The notes under the pieces are model-generated. The model saw only the letters and a program-made list of their open reading frames with translations, was not told where the DNA came from and did no database searches. From Balanoglossus misakiensis (Eukaryota > Animalia > Hemichordata), in assembly GCA_040954595.2 (NCBI GenBank), contig CM082576.2, positions 16,105,028 to 16,169,027 on the forward strand: a stretch of 64,000 bases of DNA, given 5' to 3'. Of the stretch, positions 38,499 through 51,314 are shown one piece after another. The translations under genes and the position numbers were made by a program. The stretch's first letter is position 1. Each line of letters opens with the position of its first letter.

Positions 38499-38987
38499 TC
38501 ACTTGTACTAGTTCTGTGTAATAATGATAAACACTTACACACACGCTTTCATTGGAGCAATAGGCTACAATGCTGACGTTTGGGATTGGGCTCCGTACTC
38601 CTCACGGGAACCATCCCAACATGGTTCGCCCATTCGTCAGAGGGTAACACACTTTTTTCTCATTTCAGCCTCATTACTGCTGTAACGTTCCCGTCGTCTA
38701 ACCTAGGATACATCTCTGCCGTCAACCCTACAGTACATCTCGGCCTTCAACCCTGTATTACATCTATGCTGTCAACCCTGCAGTACATACATGTAGCTGC
38801 CGTCAACTCTGCAATACTTCTCTGCCGTCAACCCTGGACTATGTATCAGTTGTAAATCCTTCAACCCTGGAATAATGTTCACTTTGAATTATTTTAGTCT
38901 GAATTTTTGAATTCTTTTGCATTTCAATAAAGTGTAAATAATTTTTATATTACGCAATAAAGGATTATTTTCAAAAGTCAAAAAAAG

Positions 38988-39047
<60 letters not shown>
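38988..39047. repeat. (TCA)20 microsatellite, 3' flank of the Tx1 element
   Basis: Read directly. Confidence 0.95.
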
Positions 39048-39050
<3 letters not shown>

Positions 39051-40409
39051 CCTTATAAATCGCCACAAATTCTTCCCGTCCCCTCATTTCGAACCTGTGT
39101 CTCCTCTATGCAAAGTCCTCTGTGCCTTACGTGAAATACGATCCGCGTATGTAAACGCATACCAGCTTGCGGACGATCGCTCATTTTGCGTGAATCTATT
39201 TTTAAAATTTCGTTCTGTCGTCAGTGTTTTGCAACGGTGCCTGAGTGACTACAATGTGTTAAGCGGAGCCCAAGAGGACGTCAAAGCAACGGTAGGCCCA
39301 TTTAGTAGTGATTGACTACATCACATTTGACAATACATCATGCATCAATACTCCGTCAACTATCATCAGCTCAGACTGTAGATGCGGACAAGGAGAAATC
39401 ATGGGGCCGTATGGAGGCACCACCAATGACTTTCTTTTAAAACCAGTAATAGGCCTACTGTGGGATCGACCGATCCGAAATGTTGGTGTCGATGGATGTT
39501 TTAAAAGTATATCTGGCGCTGTTTTTTTTCGAGAATTGAATTTCGTGTACATTCATGTCCCACTCACGATGTCTCACAGGGGTGCCTACCATTTGTAACC
39601 GCAAATCTTTTTGCCAAATAAAACTACGGAAGCTATGAAATTGCAACCAGCAGGACTGATAGTTGCTTATGCAGAGCATAGTTTAACGTCGCACGTACGA
39701 TCTTAAAATAGCATCCGTTGTGAGAATTGCGGCGGCATCTGTGATGGGGCTGTGGATATCGTGATGAATGGTCAATACGGGTCGGGGGCACGACGATGCG
39801 CTGTGCTTTCGCGTTCCAATAATTCACCTCTCACATTCCCGAAGTTACCATTGGTCACCACGATGCGGAGTAAAATCCAACCAACCATCAAAACAAAAGA
39901 GACAAACACAAACAAACAAAATGTTGTAATAGCGAAACACAATCAAAGGAGTCGTAAAAATTAGTTAAAATGTGGGAAACCCAGCTGGAACCAAGTTGTA
40001 ATGAATCCAGTGAACACGTTCTGATTAGGGGGTGTCGATTTTTTGTCTCATAATTTTTTTTTTTTTTTTTTTGGGGGGGGGGCACAAAAGTGTCCGGTGT
40101 CACTCATTCACCATTTAAAATGTTAATTTTCCAACAACAAATATGAAGCTGGCACAGATGATAGGGACTGTAAGAAGGGTAGACTGTCATTGTGGAAATT
40201 ATTCATTTACATAACTTTGAAAGATTGAAATGCCTATTTAATTATCTCATTAATTATTGTTATGTTCATCTTTTCAAACAAAGTGGGTGCATGCAAGTGT
40301 GCTGCATAATATATATTATTTGTATTTAATGTTTTTAATGGTATTTAATCTTGTGACTCAAACATTTTACTTGCTATTTTAACAGGTTACATTTCCTTAC
40401 TACTAAAGT

Positions 40410-43400
40410 ATGATTCGCTCCGATGATTTCCGTGTGTACATGTACATCAACAAAGGGGATGATGAGACTGGGGACCATCCTGTCTACTGGAAACACGATG
40501 GACAACGCTTTGCCAACAACAAAACCATCAAACTGAACACAGACACATTGTATACCATCAAGTTTGTGTTCCAGCCATCTCTCAGACCTATGTGAGTATC
40601 TTTAGCAATTAATACCGTACTGTTGGCAATACAGTTGATGTATTGGCAACTGAACTGGCCATGATTGTGTACTTATTTGCCAAGACGAAGTTGATGTAGT
40701 CTCTCATGTGGGACAAGTTTGCTTTAACAATATTTTCTGTTGATAGGCTATTTGTGTTGCTCTTCTCATTGATGCATGCCCAATGACCTGCAGTTGTCAG
40801 CGTTGGTTATTACCACAAATTATATTAGGCCTACTGATACATTATGATGGTATATATACCCATGTATAGGGTGTGGGTTGAGTTGTAATAACTGGTCATT
40901 TAGCATGTTTAAGTGAGCAGATTAACATAAATAGCCCATCAAAAGAAATACAAATTAGCAAATTGTTGTCAGAAGTTGTCAGACTTTGTCCCTTTAATGC
41001 ATTGGTCTACGTGTTAGATGTGGTAATTATCAATTTTCAGGAGGTTTTGGTTGGAATGTCTTTTTTTATTTGATACTAGCTGTTTTTCTGGCGTCATCAC
41101 ATTTGAAAATGTGTTATGACATGTACATATAAACAAAAGTATAGTATCAATTTACCACAAGTTGGCACACTGAAAAATACCAGTGGCGGTACTAAGGTTA
41201 CTCATAATTGCCATAATGCATTTACAGAGAGCATAAAAGACTTGCCAAAATGAATAATCGGTCTCTACTACTTATTCATTTTGCCAAGTATTTTACTCTC
41301 GTGTCTACAAGAGGGATAGAAGTTGTGTGTGGTTGAACACTGATTCACTATATATCCACATGTAGAATAACATAAACGGTGTCTTGTATCAAACACAATT
41401 AATGGAAAAAGGGGCAGCAAGCAAGACTTTTTCCCTTTAAAGATTAGCAGTGAGTCATTTTTGATTGATTATGGCACTTGATTTTATTTCCATTTGAACT
41501 CCCTTCTTGCATTGGCATTACCCACCCACATACACAGCAGAGACTGTACCAGTATAATTATTTATAAACAATTATCTATAAATATAATTTCACTGTAATG
41601 TCTCCTTTGTTCTGATCCATCCCAAGCAACATTTCCATTACAAAATTTACAAAACAGGTAAAATGCAAAAACTTTTAGTTTAAAAAAATATCCACCTGGA
41701 GATTTTTCTGCTAGGAAAATAAAATATCAAACATTCTAACAACTTTTACATTCTTTGTTAAAGCCCCATGAGCTGTATTTCAATAAAAAAACTTTAAGCT
41801 TTAAAAGGTCTCAGACATGCTTTTAATTCAGCCTATTCAATTATATTGCTTGATGGTAAATCAAGATAACACTTATTTATGACAAGTTGGCCAAACAATT
41901 TAAAATATATCAGATCACTACAGTAAAAAATTCCCACAATTTAAAAAAAAGTGAAATATTGCAATGAGAAATGAATATGCAATGTCTCAGTGGAGGACAT
42001 GCTTTAAAGTGAGAAATGCAGTGTTTTCATTGTATTTTGCATTTTCCCAGAGTGACGGCTATTTTTCTTTGCATCAAAGCTTTTTTATACATCTGGTTAA
42101 AACTTGCATATGCACCCATACTTAGGGTTTATGATACTTGTATGTACTTCAGTGCATAAACATCTGAATGGCCTAATATTAGTAGAGTTTGAAAATAAAT
42201 TTCATGATAATTTCTCAAAAGTTGCAGCTCGAGGGGCTTTGATACCAAAAGTATACTCCTATACAAAAACTGACATCTGACTGTTGATCAGTGAAAGATA
42301 AACTGTACAGTGAGCAGTTTGCAACTTCCCTTCAGAAGAATTTTTCCTGTGGACAATGTTTTGTCAGTTGCTGCATGCTGCTGTTCAGTCGTGTTTCTTT
42401 CTAGCAGCTTTTTGGCGCCGTTTCACTCTTCTTCTGAAGGAATGATACCAGTCGGTCGGTTTGGACAGTTGTTTGACGGACTTGTGTAGCAAATAGGGCG
42501 TGAAGACAAATGTGTTGAGTAGCAGTGGTGCGAAGACAGACGCAATCATTGACGGTGGCATGTTTGCCTTCATTACCGTGTAGCTGGCGTAGACTTCTTT
42601 CCACGTGTAGCATTCCAGGGATAACTGACAGAGGTGGGCGAGGATCAGGATGCACTGGTTGACTCTCCAAGCGATTCCGGCCGATTTCTCGCTTTTGAGG
42701 AGCAGCCAGGAAATTGCGTTGAACGGCGACGCGACTTCCAGCAGCAGGGAGAGAGACATGAAGAAATGAGATCCCTGGTTGAATAAAACCAGGTAGAAGT
42801 TGATCAGAACGACCCAGTGTTGCAAAACAGGCAACCAGTGAGTAGCCCCGAACGTGAGGCAACTGGCAGTGATCACAAATGTGGCAAACAAAAAATGTGG
42901 TATTGACAGCAACAGTATAATGAACGTTGTCGGCATTGTGTGGTAGGTAAGATCCTCTTGGAATTCATCATACCCGTACAGAAAACACCAAACTGCGAGC
43001 ACCATGGCAACGGCGGCATACACCAGACGTAGAATCTGCAGATTCCAAAAGACTGTTTCGGGGGTGCGTAGATTTCTGTAGGTCTTCGTCAGAAGTCTTG
43101 AAATCACTAACGATTGGCAGTATACTAATACACAAATTGTGAATCCAATAGCTATGGTTGCTGACTGTACTCTGGGGTGATAGTAATCCAAGTTTGCTAA
43201 CTTGTAGGAGATGTAAGTTTCCACAAAACCTCCCATGGCGTCCACGAACAAGACCAATCACTGCATAGTGTAGAAGAAAAAAGTATTATCCACACTTAGC
43301 AAAGATGCTGTATTTGGGCCAGTGAATTCATTGATATAGTTGTTTTAATGTTCAGACATGTGGTAACAACAAATTTCTGGAATGACATAATAGCTAAAAT

Positions 43401-45708
43401 CAGGGTTAAAAATTAAAATATATCCAATTTTGTGTAAAGTAAAAGAGTTAATTTTCAATAATCAGTTTTCTGCAAATGTATGATTTGTGGGAATTTTCCC
43501 AGTATTTTCATTAAAAAATATTGCCTTGACAGATGACAATATGCAACCTCACCTTAAGTATTAAACTTGTACCAGGTACATGTATACAATTTGTCACAGA
43601 TTAACCAGTAGTTATAGTTTTATTGTAACTCGAGGGAGAACATATTGGTAGAATCCTGCAGCTAAACTTCAAGGCAATTCAACATGTGGTTTCTGTACAA
43701 ATGCAAAGTTCACATCAGCCACTTCTGCAGGTATCCTTACCAGGTAAATTAAGCTATATAAGGTGAAATGAACCAGTGACCATCTGTGGCTAATTTGCTT
43801 GTGATGAGTTCAGTATGCTGCTAAAACAATGAACATACAGATTCAACAGCAAGTAAGAGCTAGGCCACTGTATATATAGCTAGTATACTATGACCGCACC
43901 CTGTCAGTGCTATTTCCCCATATACATGTACACCTTGTAAAGTGTCCCAATCTTTGTGACTGTGAGATTCCTTAGAGTATAAAAGTGATATCAGCTATTG
44001 GCTACACTTGCTTCTCTCAGTCATCGGGTCACTGATGAAATACTTTACCTGAAATTAGACAGAAGAAGAGATTGTTTATGGCAGCCTGAGCACATGTAGA
44101 GCTCTGTATGATTTGTACATGAATGAACTGAATTAGTCAATCATTAACTGTAGAGTACATATATGACACTGCATGACCTTAGTGTAGTTAATATTTGATT
44201 TTTCCAGTGCATTATGGGTATTAGTCTTTATTGTTGGTTCTGACTATTTGAATAACAGAAATAGTATTGTAATTTGGAGCAGTATAATTATTGTACTATG
44301 TGAACAATAGTGAACAAGTGTGAATCTTGAGAGAGAGGGGGGGGGGGTAGAGGTAGGAGGGTGAAGGAGAGAGGGGTGGAGGTTAAAGGGAGGGAAGGAG
44401 AGAGATAGCAAAAGAGAGAACAAAAACCTACTTTCAAACTTATATTGGTCGATTTTAATAAGCTTTCTGATTGTACTGGTGGGAACATGTATACGAAACA
44501 TATGATCAACCTCTGATTGCATGTGGATGTATGTTTAAATGTGAATGGATGCTGCACATGTTAATTTGTTCAGCCTCTTGTTGCAAGAGAACACAACATG
44601 TGTGGTACAGTATGTGTACATCAACCTATTAGAATCTTCACAAATTTATTAAAATATGCTAAAAATGATGGCTTATGGACTTTACACATAATTATTATTA
44701 TGTAAGCACTGATGATGACAACTGTGTAAAGTATGCATGGTTCCAGCTAATATTAAATTTTTTATTTCCATCAGGTCATTTCACATTGGAGGTCAGGAGT
44801 TACCTTTAAAACACAAGCAAGATGTGTCTATAGTGAATGATTTTGTTGCCAAATGGAACACGCAAGATATGGAGATCACACGCAAAGGGTCAAGAAAAGA
44901 TGTTCAAATAATTATGCATGTAAGTATTACACTGTAAAGTTTCTTTATGATAAAAATTCATATTGGAACTCTAATTGATATATGCTTTATAATAATACTA
45001 AAAGAGCTTATAGATAGCGGTATGTATAAATACCAGCCATGGTTCTGCAGCCTTGAGTGTCTAGTGGGTAATTAAGGGGTCTATATCACTTCTCCAAGTG
45101 GCATTCCATTTATCCATTTGCACTGTGACCTTGTGGTGACCTTTGACATCACCATGAAGTGTTTTTCTGAGCTGTTTTCAAATGGCTATAAAGAAAATGG
45201 CTCAATTCTCCAGGTTGCTGTGCTGCATTCACTGGTATTGGTCTGTAGAATATAATTATGCAAAATGTGTATGGCATAAGCATATGAAATCAATGTACAT
45301 TGTATTTAGCTTGAATTATGGTAGTCGTAGTTCATATTTAAAGCTTGAATGTCTAGCATTGGCACTGCATGCAGTTATCAACTGAGCTAGGGAGTATTGT
45401 GTTTGAACCGTTTTGTGCTGGATTCATGGCAAATCGATCAACTCAGTACCAGCTAAACAGACGTTGAATTAGATAAATTTATTATTGCTGTTTAACTAAA
45501 TTATTTTTTTTCTCTTCTTCTTACTACATTGTTGTCACAGATTGAAGACAAGGGTGTTTTCAGTGTGAGTCTGCAGTGTAAACTGTACAAAGCCAATGAT
45601 AAACACCATGCAAGATGGGGAGAGGAACTCCACCATATTGAATGGGAATGTATTCCAAACAACGAGAAAGCCGGTTTTGTGTGTGTAACCAAAGAAAATT
45701 TCCGATGA
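40410..45708 (+). CDS. CNRIP1: CB1 cannabinoid receptor-interacting protein 1 (CRIP1a) homolog, 164 aa, 3 coding exons
   Basis: Exons 40410-40591, 44775-44919, 45541-45708 (495 nt). Motifs PVYWKHDGQRFANNKTIKL, HIGGQELPL, HARWGEELHHIEWECIPN..VTKENF* parallel CRIP1a PVFYKVDGQRFGQNRTIKL ... HCQWG..IEYECKPN..VNKESFL. Confidence 0.9.
41245..41440. mobile_element. Partial copy of the Kolobok-like MITE family
   Basis: Similar to the right arm of 28166-28511 (gtgtgtggttgaac, aaacggtgtcttgtatcaaac) and ends ccctttaa. Confidence 0.7.
42385..43236 (-). CDS. CLN8: CLN8-like TLC-domain ER membrane protein (283 aa, single coding exon) nested in a CNRIP1 intron
   Basis: ATG at 43236 just after a splice acceptor (~43261). 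LDY..., TYRNLRTPETVFWNL (CLN8 TYRSL..EKVFWDL), LLLEVASPFNAISWLLLK, WRVNQ, several TM segments, C-terminal dilysine KKHD*. Confidence 0.8.
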   Translation of the reverse strand: MGGFVETYISYKLANLDYYHPRVQSATIAIGFTICVLVYCQSLVISRLLTKTYRNLRTPETVFWNLQILRLVYAAVAMVLAVWCFLYGYDEFQEDLTYHTMPTTFIILLLSIPHFLFATFVITASCLTFGATHWLPVLQHWVVLINFYLVLFNQGSHFFMSLSLLLEVASPFNAISWLLLKSEKSAGIAWRVNQCILILAHLCQLSLECYTWKEVYASYTVMKANMPPSMIASVFAPLLLNTFVFTPYLLHKSVKQLSKPTDWYHSFRRRVKRRQKAARKKHD

Positions 45709-48563
45709 CAGTTCAGTATGATTCTGCAACTTCTGGTCAGAAACAGATGTTTGTTGGGTACCAAAAATATAGATGAAGCAAATGTTTCAAATAGAATTTA
45801 ACATTGTTATATCAGTCACGGTATTATTAATCGTAGGATTTTTTTTTATAAAGTTGGTAAAGTAGTGTTTATGATGTTGTAGCTTTTAAGTTCAGTGAAG
45901 ATATAGTAATGCACCCAAAACACATGACCAGTGCCACTACCAAAGATACAGACAAGAAGATATGTTTTCAAAGTTTTTGAAATGATATATATGTCACTAG
46001 AGGGCGCTTTCCTGAACAAATGTTGAAATTCTTTTTATCAGAATTGGTTTTAGATCTGGTTTCATGTCTGAAAGTAGTTGTTGAATTTTTGATGACCCGA
46101 AATTTTCAGTCTGTAGTATGAAAACACTGTGGCCAAAGATGATTACACTTGATCAAACTCAAACTTTTACGCATGGTACTTTTAGCCCCTAAAATTATTA
46201 TTTGATATCAAAAATTTTAAACGATAGTCTTTTTATCATCTAAATTGCTACATTGACAGAGGGTTGTTAATTTAAACACAAGTTCAAGATGTATGCTTAG
46301 CCTGTAGTGTACACTAAAATGAACTTAATATCAACATTACTTTGCATTGTAAAATAAACACAAGGTAACTATAGGGAAATTGTCAAAATATGTTTCATGT
46401 TACAGAATTTTTTTTAATACACAAAAAAATCTATACAAAATTAACTGATAATGCATAACTACTTCAGTTGTAATCATATCTGAAAGTGAACCAAGACCAA
46501 CTTCAGCTCTGCCTTGTAATTTGTGAATGATAAGTTTATCGCCAATCCTTCAGAAGATTCTGGACAACTATATTTTTGAAGTCTTATCCAACTAAGCCAT
46601 ATCAGAGTCAGTCACAGAATTTTGCTTTTTTATCATTTGTGTCTCATTTGTATTTTATCACTAATGAAAACTTGGCCACAACAGTATAACAAGATGCCAA
46701 TAATATTTTCAAATGTTCCACATCTAGGTGCTTCTGCAGTGTAAACAGACCACTGCATCCAAGATAGGAGACCATTTCACAAAATGTAGTGCAACATTTT
46801 TGTATCATTTTCACATTTTCCCGTTTTTTCCTTTAATTCTAGATCAAGTGGGCATAATTTTCTATTGTCTGCAGATCTTGATAAAAATTTTAGGAGGAAA
46901 AGTATGGTAAACGTATAAAATGGGGTTTTAATTTTGTGAAAAATGACGACACATTGACTATAGCATTGAAAAAGTTAATAAGAGTTACAAGAATTGACAA
47001 AGGAATTTTTTTATTTTAATTTCTTACAGGGGTGTATCAAAGTTTGAAAAGTTGGTAGTTGGTTGCTTGAGGGAGCCATGTACATATAGCCAGAATTTAG
47101 GGGCATCCACCTTTATGCCACTCCATTGTAACAATTTTGTGAAATCTGAAATATCAAAATAATAATTGAATTTGGTGCTATCTGGATGCATGAATTTTGC
47201 ATAGAATTATATCAGAGGTCAGATGATTACAATCTGAGCTACGATCTGATGAAAATGTTCGAATTATCATATATTCTGGGAAAAATTAGCTGGTCTTAAA
47301 ATGGAAATGTAAGCTGGTTGAGTTTTGAATACCAAATTTTGAATAGCTTTTATCAGAAGTTTTTTTTATTCTGAAGATATCAGCATGCAACTTGCACATA
47401 GCTAAATCTTCCATATTTGCATGGCTGTTTGGGTGAATATACAATGCACAGACGTGTGTCAAGTTTTGTGGCTTCCATGTGCATGTTTCAAAGTTTGACT
47501 TTTAAAGTAGACTTTTGTTACTAAAGTTTATATTTTCTCATATTTTTATGCCATATTTTCTATACTGAGAATTTATTCCTTTAGATATGTCCATTGTATT
47601 ACATTTTAATATTAATATTGATATTTGTATTATTATTTATTACTAATTCATTATGTATTGTGAAAACGTGCTGAACATGTAACATAGAGTGAAGAATGTT
47701 TTCAATCCTTTCAGCCACATAGGTCCAATCACTATTAAAACAACAGGACCATAGACCAAAGTGTAGTGATGAAGGGGTTGAAAAATGAGTTTTTTTGGCT
47801 GTCAACTAGAATTACTTGTACTACCAGTACCAGAGTTATTACTTGTACCGCAGTATTAAAGAAGAACATTTATACCTAATTTAATGAACTTCCCAAATGC
47901 AATAAATGGAATCATAGATTTTATTATTGTGGCCATTTTCGTCATTACCATCACATTTAAGCAATATTATGAAACATTTTGCACAAATGAATGCTAGGTA
48001 CCTCACAATATCCTGCCTTCGTTTGATGGTTTGTGGTTTCAACTAGCAACTATATCACCAATACTACAAACAGTAAAGAAATACCAAATGTGAAATACCC
48101 AGTTTCATACAAGTGCAATGTCCAGCTGTGGTTTTGAGTGAAAATGGAGGAACACAGAGCGAGGCACCAGACTACAATTCATAACAGCTAGAGCAGATCG
48201 GAATTAGGTATATTTGGGGACCAGTATTCAAAACACAATCTGAACAAAAATAGCACCAATACTGCTGACTGACCAGTATGTCTGCATAAAGCCATCTGCA
48301 ATAAGAACACATTGAATAGACATTTCCCTACTAATATTATGCGGTTATTGGGAGTTAGGCTAAGAGTAAGACACTCGTGCACATAAAAAATTAAACAATG
48401 CAAAATTACAGTGATAAAGCATGCACTCGTAAGCACAAAGATTCACTCAGTGGACACAGGGAAATACGACCAGCACGATCATGAGATAGTGACACCAGTT
48501 ATTGATGTTGCAATGAAATGGTTTGAATTGTGTGAGGCTCCACACATACTAATACACACAGGT

Positions 48564-48594
<31 letters not shown>

Positions 48595-51314
48595 AACCCC
48601 TAAATCAGTCACAATAGCTAGGAATCATATTAAGAAGTACAGATTTTATTGACCAAGTGCCTGCCAGATGAAGACATGGTGTACTGCAGTAATCTTTCAA
48701 AGCAGATTACAGTGTTTTCAAAGCCAATTAATTGAAACGGTCCACAAATTTTGATTAAACCATGATTTTCTTCAGACTTGACATTTCAAATTAAAGCTTT
48801 GAACTGTCCATACAATATTTACAAACTCCAACTCAGGAAAAAAAAAGCTTTGTTGCAGGATGAATGATGAGACAGTTGACTTTAAAGAAGACTTGGACTA
48901 GTTTGTTATAAATGTAAGATGTGAATACCATCTAGTCCAACAGTATTGCAATATGTCCTTACAGATATCCTGCATACTATACTCATTGTGTGTTAGCAGC
49001 CATTGACTGCCCAGTTTTTATTTTTACTCAAAACAAAACAACCTATCATTGGAAGCGAATCCCTCAGATCATGGCAAGAATCACTGTTCTCAAGTTACTT
49101 TCTAAATGACAAGTAACTTTAATGGGATGAAAAATTATCTGTAGACGTCTTTATTCAAGAGAATTACTTATACATGTATTAATTATATTTAAGCATGAGA
49201 CTTCTCTTTTGTTACTTAATTTTCATCCACATTTTCACATAAAATTTGATGTTTTTCACCCTATGTTTTATATTCTCTGATTGATCTATAGTTGAATATC
49301 ACAAAAAATTATTTTTCACACTCCAAGTATTCAAACAGTTAAATACCATCAACATGGTTAGCACACAGGCAATTCCTTATTGTTTTTGTCCTAAACTTTG
49401 CCATTACTATAGTATGACTATGAAATAGTAATGTGGCCATGTTGATCTTCAATACAATATAGACTGAGGTTTCATAGCAATCTGACATCAACATTTTTGC
49501 ATGTCTCTGAAAGCTTATCCTCCAGCATAAATCAGTTGATCTCAGGGTGCTATCAAACATTCGTCTACTAGGATGATTGACATGACCACAATTGGTGACC
49601 ATATTTCACATTCCAATGCCTGTCTACTGCTGAAACCCAAAGCTCTGGCATTAACAATTAGAGTGTAGTAATAGTCTGGACGATGCTGCTTGGCAGACTT
49701 CTGCAAAAACACTTCAATCAGAAAGACTGGTATAACATTATCTCCCCTGAGTAAGAAACAGCCAATCTATGTCATCCCATAGCAGCTTGGAGGGTGAGTG
49801 TGATGAGTTTAAGTAACTTCTTTTCACATCACTGCACTCTTGAATGGAGTACTGACCAAAACATAATATACTCTGTGACCTTTGTCTTTATCTAGTTATC
49901 TTATTAAATGTATTCTTAATTTTTTTAGTTTAAGCAACTTACTGTATGTTGAGCAACAACCTTATTTCAATACTGTAACTGATGTATGTGTAAGCATAAA
50001 TATTTACATACTGCAATGGTTCGTATAAGTTATAAGTGGTATTCAAACTACGCAAAGTTGTCCGACCCTTTTCAGGCCATGGGCTGGGGCCAACTTAAAA
50101 TGAACAGCTGTGACACAGTGTTATCTGGGCATGGTCCGGGCATTTCTTCGTCCCAGTCAATGAAAGATCTTCGTGTTCCGACAAGATTCTGAGTCCAATG
50201 TGGACTCTTTCTGTCATTGGATGATGCAGTCACAGTTGACTTGTATGTACCTGTTTTTATATCATTCAGAAACCGCAACTTGAGGAGTCAACTAGGTTTT
50301 GGAGGAAATAAAGTGGCATTTACTTTTAGGCAATTGGAATAATGATAATCTGATGAACAGCACGGCAAGTGACTGAATTGCCCATATATCATTTTGCAAC
50401 ATCTGTTGGAACTGAGATTCAACTGTTCTGTTTAGTGAAAACATTCAATGAAACATTTGAAGGCATTTGAGTTCAAAAGAGTAACTAATAACAGGACTAC
50501 ATGTAGTGGCTAGGGCAGGAAGACCCCCTGACCTGTCAGTGCGATCTTACAATCATCTTGCTTTACTATTTCTGGCCATAGGCCTAGATGTGAAACAGTT
50601 CTAAGTACAATGAGATATTGGCTTTTATGGTAGTTATATAATTATTAAAAGTCATTCATCCATTAGGTAATATACACTCATTTTGGATAATGCATGGTGT
50701 AAATAAATTTATAAATACATAAATAAATAAATAATTATATGGCAATACAAAAAATAAACTCTGAAATGATAGAAACAAATTGCACATTGCAAAAATTCTT
50801 GTAACAAAAAATGGATCTACCCTTTGCACACTGACCCCCTGGGCTATATTCTACATAGGCTAAATAGAAAGTAACCAGTGACCATTTGCGATAGTCAGAA
50901 GAGAACAGTTTTTTTTGTTTAGACAGCAATATTTTTCCCCTGATTGCAAAGTAAGCCATATGTGTATGTACCAACCTGCTTAGTACATGTGCTACACTCC
51001 ACTACACCCCACAGACCAGGAGAGTTTTCTGTAGCACCTTGGACAGGCCCGGTCCATTCTCAAAGAAAACAGCAACCATGCACTAGTTGCACACCTGCTT
51101 TAGGACTGAGTTGACAGAGAATTTGACAAATGAGAGACAACTAACATGCAGTGTATGCGAGATCCCTTCAGGTTTAGCTGGACACCTCCTGAAATTGATT
51201 GAACCCTGAACAGTGGGGTACATGGTACACACTGGTATATTGCTCATTTTGGAATCGAGGTAACGATATGCAGAAAATGTATCACTACAATAAATTGTCT
51301 ACTCAAAGATGAAG

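Larger units (their letters stand above)
32799..38987 (+). mobile_element. Full-length Tx1/L1-clade non-LTR retrotransposon inserted in (ATC)n
   Basis: ~200-bp 5'UTR, intact ORF1 and ORF2, ~490-bp 3'UTR with AATAAA at ~38926 and ~38956, and a tcaaaagtcaaaaaaag tail joining (TCA)20. Confidence 0.92.

Noticed and set aside
38572-38660. Hammerhead or HDV ribozyme in the Tx1 UTRs
   Set aside because: No CUGANGA plus GAAA core and no convincing HDV nested pseudoknot by eye. Kept only as a generic structure.
38685-38870. CRISPR-like array
   Set aside because: Degenerate tandem units without unique spacers, eukaryotic context and no cas genes.
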